NCBI GenBank assembly: GCA_035084275.1
Contig: CM068758.1
Span: 372,001 to 436,000, forward strand
Reading direction: 5' to 3'
DNA length: 64,000 nucleotides
Source: Hydrolagus colliei
Taxonomy: Eukaryota
The position numbers and the translations under genes were made by a program. Below the pieces are notes generated by a model. The model was not told the origin of the DNA. It made no database searches and saw only the letters and a program-made list of their open reading frames with translations. The number at the start of each line of letters is the position of its first letter. Position 1 is the first letter of the stretch. Positions 49,501 to 61,400 of the stretch are shown piece by piece.

Positions 49501-52500
49501 GCCAAACAGATCCCACTACTGTACCTGACCTCCTTAAACTTAGATCTTGGCCACATCAACAACAAAGAGTGGCTACCGAGTCAGGTGAGTGAATCGGCCT
49601 GTTACTTTTTTCCAAAGTAAAATAGCCGAATACAGTCCGAACGAATATTGTTGTGGTGGGTTAGTAATCCCACGTCTCTTCAATCCAAAGTTGCTCCACT
49701 GAGTTGAGAGAACCTGAAGGATAGTTGACGGCCTGAATTTAAACATTTCCAATGATTTCTCCCACAGGCCGCGGTGTTTTTTGAAAATATTGTCCGGAAG
49801 AACAAATTTTTTGACACGTAAGTAATATTTATTCAGAATCTACATATAAAAGAGGTTTAAATCTTATGTTTAAGCGCTATGTCAATGCAAGTTGTTGTTG
49901 TTCAATACGTTAAGGTAGCTCCCGAAGTTGTGATGAGCAAGGCTTTCTAAGAGTAAATGGAATGATTTCTGGTGCAGTTTGTTTCTTCCTAGAATGAAGT
50001 GAAGGGTGTGAATTAACACTGATTTGTTTGCGTAGCTTTTCACCTTCTGTGCTGCGAGGCTTCAGCTGTGGGGCAGTCAAGACCCTGAATTCTACTGACT
50101 TCACTCAGCTGATTCAAGTATTGAAGTACAAGCGGGTCAAACTTGATGAAAGTCAGGTAAGACTGTTTGCTGAAATTGTACGAGAGAGAGAAATGTTTCA
50201 TTGCATTTGGGTTCACTTTCCTTTGTTTATTGGTGAGTTTGAGCCAGGAGTAATTGTTATAGACAGTCCTTTGGGAATTATTACTCTGTTGTGTCAACCC
50301 CTCCACAAAAGTACTCCAGGTTCTGCTGGAATTGATGTCCTCGTTCAGGTAGCCTTTAACAATTGGTTTGCTCTCTCACGTTACAGCTCAGTTGCATATT
50401 CTTTCGACTAAAATCGGATGAAATAGAGGTCGAGGTAGACGAGGTCCCGGAGGATGTTCTGCTGTATTTCAAGTAAGTATTTGTCTTTTGTACATACAAC
50501 CATAAAAGGATGAGAAGTGGAAACCAATTCTGCTTCGCTGGAGACTGGTCCTCCCGTCTACTGACAGAAGGAATACTGTTTTTAAAGAATAGGCAACATA
50601 TATTTTACCCCAAAGCCTCACACCATTTAAGTATTAAAGATATATTTATATCCACTTGTTTTAGCTCTGCAGAATTCAAAACAACTCCAGAGTGCAAGAA
50701 ATTCTTCAAGGCTGTTGGAAAATCGAACATTAATGCCTTACCAAAGGGATTAGGAAGATACCAATTGTTGCAGAACGCTAAAACCTGCTTGGTAAGAACG
50801 GATCTTATTTGGTCTTCTGCTATGCTTTTGATTACAGAATCTGTTGTTCAATACAAAGATACTTAAATGGATTGAATTTACTGTACAGACATCATGTGGA
50901 AATGGTCCAGTGACCGTTGTAACTGTTGAATTATTCTCTCATAACCTTAGGGTATTCGTGAAGGAAGTCTGACAGAAGACAATGTAGAAACATTAGGTGC
51001 TTTGGTCTGTGATCTCGATGGGGCCTCTATCAAGACGTCTCATGTTTCCATTTTGGAGCAATTAAAGCATTGCGTTTCATACACTGAAAGTCAAAAGTCA
51101 GTGATTGAAGCTGTACTCAACAACAAGACAACCAGATACGGGTATGTTTGGAGCTGATTTCCTTTAGATTTCTTGGAGAACCAATATCAGCAGGGTTTCG
51201 ATCTAGAGCTTGGAATAGTTCCTCTCAATCCGCTGCCTGCTGCACTTGTCATTTGCACGCATCCTAAATGGGACTCCCATTGTATTTGCTGTTTGACAAT
51301 AACCTTATTTCATTGAGACGTTGAGAGCCTTGACCTGAGTGTTAGTGTATGGCCTGGAATACTGGACAAATGACAGGGATTATTTCCTTGTAGTTTCTCC
51401 AGGAGATGAGATTTAGATTGGAAACCTCTGATTGGAGATGTGTGAATTCTAGTGAGAAACTGCGCTCAAAATACTTATTGGTGAACTTTTTGTTTGAATA
51501 CAGTCTACCTTCATCATGGACCTCATTGTCGTTGACTGACCTTGGAAACCTACCTTTGGCTTTCACCTTCACATGGAGAAGTGTAAACTTGGTGAGTTTC
51601 AACTGGTAAAGAATTCTTTCAGATGAAGTTAAGGGTAAAAGTAACTTTCTTTTCCAAAGTATTTTGCATGCTGCTTTACACATTGGAATATGTTGTGGTA
51701 AACAGTGTTACTCTGTAAACTGGATTTGTCTGTAGTTGACGCTTTATTGGGTTAATTAATCTCTTTGAGGTACTGACTATATTCTACCTTGCAGCCTGCC
51801 TTGAAATATGCCCTCCCAAGATTTCTCAAGAGATTGAAAACTACCAACTCACCGAATGCTGTCCTGGGATTCATCAATCAGTTGAAGTTGCACGCAAACG
51901 TTACAGAAAGTATGTCATTTTCTTACAGGATTGGTTAAAGAAATAACATTGTGTGTGTGTGTGTATATATATATACGTGTGTGCAGTGTACAAATGGATG
52001 TTATATGTAACAAACTGTTGTGTTTGCAGCCTGTACAAATCTCAAAGCGGTCGACATTGATGAGCTAACCCCTGTTAAATATGATGCTACCCAGTTACAC
52101 AACTGTTTGAGTGATCGCGTACTGAAGAATAACATATTTGTATTGGGAACTCTGTCCTTTGATACTGCTCAGCTGCACGTTCTGAAAAACAAACTTGTTA
52201 AGGTAAAAATCCGGCTTGAAACCTTCGTAATAATAAATAATTTGAGAACCAAAGTGAGTTTTATGTTTTCCTTTGTTTAAAACTGCTCTTGATGATCCGT
52301 GTGTAAAATTATCGAGCAAATGATGCAAAACGGAGTAAATTATTATTATTCCAGCGATACAGATTGTTTTATCCTTTCCCTTCCATCACAATCGTTTCAC
52401 AATTATGCAAGAATCCTTCACAGTTGATGTAAATTTGAGTTCTAATAACTGAGTAATGCTATGATGAAGACAAATCCACACTCTTACAATAAGTGCTCGC

Positions 52501-55500
52501 CTGTGTGCTGGACAATAAGACCACATGTTGGGATTGAATCTGATTGTTTGGATCTCTGTGATGCAGCTTTACCCCGGTGGGATCCCAGAAGCTGCAATCC
52601 TACTGCTGGGCAACATATCTACTGTGTTCAACGCATCCCAAATGAGCAGCTGGAATATAACTCAAGTTGACACACTCGAACTAGTGCTGAGGAATCCGTT
52701 AGAGCACTTCCAGGTACTTAAACTGAGAAATGACGAGATGAGTTTGGATGGAAAGGAAAAGCCCTTTGATGCTCTGATCAGCCATGTTTGAGGAGATTGT
52801 CTAAGGGATGGATGGTGCAGCACTGATTGGTGGGGTTGGGTGTGAGGGTGGGTGTGCGTTTGGGGTTGGGGGTGGAGGTGGAGGAGGTGAAACCCAATTG
52901 GGAATCAAAGAAAGAAAAGTTGAAATGGGGCAAATGTTTGCTATTTATCTGGTGTTTCTCTGTGCAATGATAGCTGATCCGTGTTCACCTCTTACAGGTC
53001 ACGACCATCATTGCAAGATTCTTGGCCTTTGATGGAAAACTGAATGGATCTGCATTGAAAGCTGTCGGTGGTGCAAACCTGTGCCTTCTGAATGAAAACC
53101 AACTGAGGACAATTTCCTCCCTGGAGTAAGTGATGAAATCTTTCTGATCCACAATCAGGCAAGCAATCAGGAACTGGAGCCATGGTTGCTGTTGATGCTG
53201 TTCTTGGTGTTTGGTATTTTGGTGTATTTGGGGTGGAATGTGCAGCCAATGGAAATATTTTCCCTTTTCTCCCACAGAGATGCAGGAGCTCTAGATATTT
53301 CTTTGTGCAGTCAGTCAAAGAAGAACCTGCTTTACCAGAAAGCTGTTGTTGCTTTGAAGGCTCAGAATATTAACCCGATCCCCCAATTTCAACTGTTAAA
53401 GTCGTACATTAGTAAGTCTCGGAATATTTACCTTTCATTCTTGTCCACTTCATCCATTCGGCCTTAGTTGAGTTCACTGAGTCTTTGTCTGTAAAACAAG
53501 AAACTATTTCAATAGTTATATTAAACATTTTTTTCCTACTTTATAAACAATAATAACTTGCCTTTTTGTCAAGCCATGACTTAGGATATAGCGTATGGCG
53601 GAGCTGAAAGCGGAGGTGGTTCATATACTGTGTTAAGCTGATGGCTCTGATTTTTCCCTTCAGGTGGAGCGAGACTGGTTGATCTGCAAACTCTGGCAAA
53701 CCACACAGTCCATATGGATTTTGCAACCTTCAAGACACTGAATCCTGAAGAAGTGACGGTTGGTACATGGACAATATGTTGGCATCACTGTGGTTGGGGG
53801 GGGGGCATTTCTTTAGCTGCTTCCCTTTGTCCTTCTGTTGGTTCCCTTTGGTGACTCTATGAATGACAGAGATTTGTTAAATGTTTCTCTTTTAGAATCT
53901 GACAGCTGAGAACCTGATTGACTTACTTGGAAGTAACCTGCCTGCACTGATAACTGGATTCAATGAAACTGTTGTGATAGTTTGGGTGAATTCACACTTT
54001 GTATCTGAAGTCAGGAAAGTTGGGCTTACGGGAGGAATTCCAGATCCTCCTCTAGGTATGTTCCTCGTCAACGGCAAATAAATCTGCACATCAATTGCGG
54101 CTTTTGAAACACTGCTCTGAGGAGGATATCCCCCTCTGATAATGTTTGCACTATTTCTGTTAGATTTGCTTTGGATTCTGTTGTGAGTGTTTCCAATAGT
54201 CATTAAATTCAGATGATTTTCTAATAAGTACATGACACTATTTTTGACAACAGATATATTTTATTAAGGATCAGATAAATGTAGTGCTCTATAGTTTTAT
54301 GTATCTTAATACTGTACTTTTCTGTTTGACTTTTCCAACAGAAACTGTTTTATGTGAAGCCAGAAATAGGTAAGTTTCTTCTGTTTCCCGCAGTGCCGTT
54401 GTCCTCACACTCAGTCCAAAGTCACAAAGACTTGGAGAAGTCTCTCTCAACAATATGGCTAGATTGGTGATTAGGCAGTGAAGCACATGGACATTACAGA
54501 ATCCTGCCTCTGTTATCAGTCACAAAACCCACCTGTTTAACCGGTATCCTCTGTTTCCTTACAGTTCAGCGGTGAATGATTTCCTGATGACCCTCAACAG
54601 GACCCAACTCTGCAATGTTGCCATTATAGACTACGCATGTGCTCGGGTAAGCTGTGTTCCGCTCTAGAATTCCACACAACAGTGTCTTCCTTCACGCGGT
54701 TCATCCACAGGGAACAATGTTGTAGTCCTTCCCAACTTTCTTGGTTCCCTATACAAATGTAGTCAAATTGTTGTATCATCTCCGCCTGTCGAAATAATAC
54801 CTCTGATCGATTGTTTTCAGATAACTTAACAGTTTCCATTATTTGTCAACCGATTCCTTGCAGATTGAACTGCTGGCAAATCTATCCAGTTATGACGTGA
54901 CTGCTCTGTTTGACTGCTACACTCGCTCAAAGGCTTTGAGGGTCGCAGATGAAAAACCGCTGACTCTGTTTATTCAAAAGCTTGACAGAACCACACTTAA
55001 CCAGGCGTTGGACATGTTTAATAAAAAGGTAAGCCCTTATTGATTCCATACTGTAGGGGTACTACTGTAAACTATTAAACGCCTCCTTACTGATTCACAT
55101 TAAACTTATTGGTGTGTTTCAGACTTTAAATATGTCTTCAATTGGTCTGGAAAGCAAGACAACGTTCTTTAACGCCTTGTGGGAGAATGTGAAGCTCAAC
55201 GTGACCAGCCCTGCTCTCCTGGCCAAATGGTTTCAGCAAAGATTCAGACCATTCATTGCAGGCATTCCTCAATCAGTCCTGACTGACCTTCTGGTGAGGA
55301 ATGTCACATGTGATGGATACCAAGCAGTGTAAGTCTATTGTTTTCTCTTACAATCACCTGGTGCTGGGAATTGCAGAACAATCCTGGGTATAAACAGTGA
55401 TGGAAAAGAAGGAAACATGGAACAATAAACTGACTTGTGCTGTCAATTTGTCTTCACTTAGTGTGAAAGGCCTGAGTGATGGATTTGGAGAGATGCCACT

Positions 55501-58117
55501 GCCAACGAGACACACCATACTGCAAGTCTGGATCCTTAGATACCTGAACAGCACAGGTAACCTGGATCCAATCAGTATCTGTAAATCAATCATTTCTTTC
55601 ACATGTCGGCAAACGCCGAGTTTGTAAACGCACAATAGATAACCTTCTTTGCCATTCATCTCCAGGTGCTGGCTGTATCAGCAACACCAATGGCTCTCGA
55701 GACTGGCTGGTGAAGAATTGGGGAACGTTCAGCAAACTGGCTGATATAAAGCATCTGTCGGACTTGAATTCCAATTTCAGCGCAGTAAGTGACTGACACA
55801 TTTTGTTTTTTTTTGAGATGATAAGCAGCAGGAGATGCTTTGTGTTCTGAAGACATCAGTACCAACAACAACGACAAAATTACATTGATAGAGTGCCTTT
55901 CATGTCGGGAGGACGTGCCAAGGCGCTGAGATCAAAATGATGACATGAATTAAATGTTGCTTTCATTAATATTATCAAACATACCCCAAATATCTTGCTA
56001 AACATCAAGTATTGTATTTGTTTCACCGAGTAATCTCTGTCATCATTTGTGGTTACGTCAAAAAATACTTTTTCACACGGAGTCATCTTTTCTGACAGGT
56101 TGAAGCAGGGGGCTTGCTGACTGTATCACAACTTGGAGAATTTGTGGGGAGAAATGGTACCTTGAGAAATGTTTATGACGTACACAAGCTTTTCACCATC
56201 ATCACAAATGTTACCGTGACTGAATTCCTGGACAGCTTTGCCTCGGCTGCCTACAGGGTAGGAGAACTTTGTGTGTTGTTTTTAATATAACCTGTATCCG
56301 TCAAGCACACATTTGGAGTTTAGTATGTGAGCACTGAGAGACAATGGCTCTGCCCTTTTCCATGCTGTGTTTATAGTTGGTTGATGTGCTCTCTGTCTCC
56401 TGGCATTGAAGCAGTTGATTTATTCCTAAATGTTTACAGAACCACGTGAAGCTGTCCCCTAACGTCACAACAGCTTTCCTGAGGGAGGTTCTGAACCGCA
56501 CTCAGTCGATCCTTTCAAACGCAGACTATAATGAGCTCTCCATCTGGTTCAACAATAGACTGGCATTCCTCCTGCCGGGACTCACCGAACAGTTGGTGCC
56601 TTTGGTCCTGGTCACTCAGAGCTGCAAAGGATCCCAATTCATGTAAGTTTGATGCACTTTGTTTATACTCAGTGGATTGGAGTCCCAAAGTGAATTTCAT
56701 ATTAAGCGTTTGTAAATTTAGTGGTAGCTTTCTGTTTCATAAATTATGTTGTACGTTGGTGACATAACCCTCTAATGCCTTGAATTTGACCTTTTATAGT
56801 GTATCTGTGCTGAGCTCCATCAAGCCACCGTTGTATTCTGATATTCAAGAAGCCATTTATGCAAAGATACTACACTTTAATAAAGGTAACAACACAGATT
56901 TCATCCATTAGAACCTCGCAATGCAATTTAACCCAACGCAGTTCCCACCATTTGAAGTACTAAATGTTGCTGTTTGTTGGGTATTGTCAATAAGCAGGAA
57001 TGATGCTGTGGGCAACATTACATTGGTCATCGTTTAACCTAATCTCATTTTTGTGGCTATTTGCTTCAGCGCCTCGGGACGTCCTCCCAACATGAAAGCT
57101 GCTAATCCAGCTCAATAGAAACAACAACAACAACAACTTTGATCCACGCCGGACGGCGTCTCAGAGCGTTATTGAGTAAGACATCATTGAATAAGATGGG
57201 AGCTTGAACTGAACGTTTTTTCCACTTTCTTTCCAGAATTCCCCCTTCGGTGCTATGAAAACAACAATTTTGTTGTTTATCTGAACAACACCTTCCGAAA
57301 TTTCTCTAAACATTTGAGTTTGACGGATTTGGTCTCATTGATACCGAAGAACAGAGCAGCTCAGGTAAGAACACCAACAACAAAATGACACTTGTATAGA
57401 CGGCGCCTTTCCCGTCAGCAGGACATCCCAAGGCGCTGGACAGTCACTGTGTCAGTCCCGAGCTGGGGACAGGGTGGGGAGGGAAACGGGGGTATTAGGA
57501 GTTGCCGGTGGGACCATATTTAAGTTCAATCATTTTTTTGTCTGTTTTTCTTCCAGGTTTTGAATGCGACTGAACCCACAGATGTGGCTGATTTGCTGAG
57601 CAGACCTGAATTCATCGATGACAACAGCAATCTGACTCTGTTGTTACTGAGCTACCAATCCATCCAGAAACTAGGAATATTTGTGGACAGATTCAACCAA
57701 AACAGTCACAATGTAAGTGGCAGATGGTTTAGAACAGAACGCAGCATCTCTTCTGGGTCAGTGGCTTTAGGCCGACGTTAATAATGAGAGGTCGAAATGT
57801 TCTATTGTTCCACACGGTTGACAAACTCAGTCAATCAGGAATGTTGTAGTTGGAATGGGATTTTCTGTTCTGTGTGATTAAGAGAAGTTAAATATTAATG
57901 TTATTCTACGTTTACAGAGTGACCTGAGAGACACCACCCTGGCTGCCATCATGGAGGGTCTGTGGCCACTGTTTGCCAGGAGCTTGTCTGAACTGAGTGA
58001 CGCCCAAGCCAAGGTGTGGCTTGATGCCAGGCTGGAACCGTATCTGCCTTTCATCAGCCAAGACCTGCTGGCTTCTCAAGACACCCTGAGAGTGAAGTGC
58101 CAACCCTACAGAACAAT
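46543..58117 (+). CDS. Mesothelin-family giant protein, repeat unit 2 (32 exons, unit-1 coordinates +11,901)
   Basis: Coding sequence looks identical to unit 1. Exon 46017-46216 ends in phase 2 (ACA AT|gt) and joins 46543 (ag|T GTG AAA) to give ...CQPYRTIVKTLS..., so the frame continues across units. Confidence 0.86.
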
Positions 58118-58443
58118 GTAAATACCGTGCGGGCTTTGTGTGTGGGTGGGTGCCTCTTCCACCGATAGCCAGGCTTCTCTCTCTCTCTCTCTCTCCCTTT
58201 TGCAGTGTAACGTCCGGCTTCATTTTAATTCTCTCATTCCTGCTCCCTGCGTTAGGCCGACAAACCGTCAACTCTCTCTCTCCGCTCAAACCCCCCCCCC
58301 CCCCGCCCCCACCGCCCTCCCCATTTATGTGGACATGTAAAACGAGTTTGGGTCAACTGCTCTTGTCAAATAATATTACCTTCTTATCTACCGTTTGGTT
58401 GTATTTAATTATTGAATGCTAAAATCTTGCAATTGTTATTTAG

Positions 58444-61400
58444 TGTGAAAACATTGAGTGCTGGATACAATTCTTTCGAACCAGCCAAACAGAAGGAAAT
58501 CTACAATGGCATCAAAACGTACCTCCAAGAAGGTAAACGTTATTGTTATTTTGGTTAAAGTGATCGTAGTTGAGATGACAATTTGACTGTATCCATGTGT
58601 AAGGAAATTAATTTAGTGCAGCTCTGGTTGCTGGTACTTGTAAAGCTAAACCTAAAGCCAGTAAGAGATTTTGGCTGGTGCTGGTGGCGGTGAGGAAGAA
58701 ACTAGGAATCAGAATAATTTTTTAATTTGACTTTTAGATGAAAACATTAAAGACAGAGTCAAAGTGTTTGTGAAGTATTAAACACACGTTCAACATTAAT
58801 TAGTAAAGTTGATTCTCAAATGAATTGAAGCCTTTGTGTAATCACACTTTTCATTCCTTTGTACAGCAGGTCCTAAACCCAAATGCTACAACGCCAGTGA
58901 CGCAGCTCTGAACTCTACTGCTTGGTTTGTTAACTACCTCGGACTATACCTGAGCCAAGTGACAGAGGCTGATCTTCTGTCTTTCTCTGATAACAAAGCA
59001 AAGGTAATTGTGAAGATAAAGTCAGCAGAAAACTTTTCTAAGTGTTTTATGCAGAAGAATAAGTTTTCAATGGCTCAATTCTCAATGCAATGCTTGACAA
59101 TTCTGCTGTTAATCAGATTATTAGCTGTTGTTGTTGGCTGTGTCAAGGAATGTATGTGTAGATCATTATATGGGTCATTCAGTTCTGGGTTGTATTTCAA
59201 TCCACCTCAACTTAATGCGATGGAAGTCACCAAATGAGATCAAAATTGTCTCTGTGGGTTGCCAACCATTTTTGAATTCCCCTTTTTCTTATTAGCCAAT
59301 ATAAAGGTAACTGCTGTGGCCTGGCCAATATTGCCCCCGATTCCAAAATTCACAAAAAAAACAAAACCCTTTACATCGATTTGACAATTAACATCGCTGA
59401 TTATGAGAAGCTGCTACAAGAAATTGGCTTCCACATTTGCCCGCACACCATCCCATATTGAATATCAGACTATTTCACGAAGTGAATCATCACCGCATCA
59501 CACCTATTGATCACTGTTCTTGGTTGAGTAAACGTTGCTAATTTCATTTCAATGTTTGTGTTTCCAGCTTCAGGAATTCGCAGCTGATCCTGACAATCTG
59601 GCATTGCTGGGAAACGTGACGTTGCCAATTGAAGTTGCGAAATTCTGCATTGCATTGGTGCTTGAAGGGAATCCGAATGTTAATATAATAAGGTATGGCA
59701 ATATATTTCCACCCAAAGATATGAAATCCAAGTTTCTGGTCGAAATCACCTGTCGATCATCGTTCAGGAGGTAGATATTCACAAGTAGAAATTGACTTAA
59801 GTTTGCCAATAAGTAGACAATGATGCCAAATGATTGGACGTTCTTAGTTTTTGATCAGTGTTACTCAAGTCACAAGGAGACACTCTAGAGAGCCATTTTG
59901 GGATGACCTTGTGGAGAGTCTCATTGGGGATCACTTAGTATCAGGGAGACCTGTTGGTCTGTCACTGACGCAGATTGCAAATACTGTTTTCCAGCCTGCC
60001 CGATTCTCTGATTTGCTTGATTGCTGGTACAAACGCTCTTCGGTCCGCGAATGAGCAGCAAGTCTTGGCTGTAATCCAAAAGAAAAACCAAGTGTGTCGG
60101 GTGAGCCCCAGCAACAATACAGCACGGCCTCAAGCACCTGTGACGGACGAACAACTGAAGGTAAATAGCAAAGAGCGTTTGACCACCTTGCTGCTCCAAT
60201 GGGCTGTCCTTCAGCAGCCAGGTTTGATAATGTGGTCAATATGTGTCGCCTGAATAAACCTGGCACCCAATCTGTTGACTCTGAGGCTTTGAGTGAAGAC
60301 ATTTGGCGAAAGGCACAGAAGTCCACGGTCATTGTTGGGAATTTTTAAACGTTTTTCAACTTGATGTATGCGTCCAGTGAAGCTTGAGGACTTACTCTGT
60401 TCTTGTTTCTACAGTTCTCCATATATTTAGTGAGCCAAATTACCAACTTCTCTGTGGTTACTCTGAATCAATTGGGGCAATCAGCTGTGGGTCTATCACT
60501 GAAGCAGATTGCAGATACCGATCGAAATAATCTTCAGCAAGCCCTGCCAAGCCTGGGGCAAGTTATGGGTTGGAATTTTGGACAAGTCCACTTGATTGTG
60601 AGGAATGTGTTGAGCAATGGCTACCAGGTAAGACTTGTATTTATATCTGAGTCCACAAAACGCAGCCTGTAATTATTGTGATTGCATGGGTTTTTATGCA
60701 ATATACGAGGCATGTTGAGTGGTGGTTAGAGCACTCACCTTCCAAGCGTGAGACCTGTGTTTCGAATCCAGGCAGGTCAAGGCAATGGCTTCCCAATGTT
60801 AGATGTCGTTTAGAGAAACCTTGAGGTGAGCACATCTCTGGGTTAAACAAACTGAATGACAGGCAGAAAGCAACAAGGGAAGCCAAATGGAAACGGTTTG
60901 GATCAAACGATAAACCTCACGACTCAACTTTTGTTTCCCCCCCCATTACTCCTGAAAACCTTCTATTTGTTTTCTTTGTTGAAATAGATCCGAGATGAAC
61001 AGACGCTGTTGAGTCTTGGAACCGTCATAGCTGGATGTCCAAGCAGACAATTCCAAAGCATTGAGCACAGACTACTCACCAATGTAACCAGAGACCCGGA
61101 GTTTGTGATCAATATTCAACAGGCCCCACAAGTTGTCCAGAGATTGATCGTTCTGAGGGTGAGTGATCATGAAATATCTGTCAGTAAGCGTCAGGAATAT
61201 AAACCCAAGCCACGCCTTGTTTCCTATTGAGGATTGTATTTCTAGATTGGTTCAATCCTGCCTGCAGACAGTCATAATACTAAACAAAAAACTGCTTGCA
61301 CAGTGTGTTTTTGGTCAATTCTGTTGTGTTTAATTCCCATTCAGATATTGAATGCATCAAGTGGCAGTGCAGAAACAGTAAAGGACATTCCCCCAGGTCT

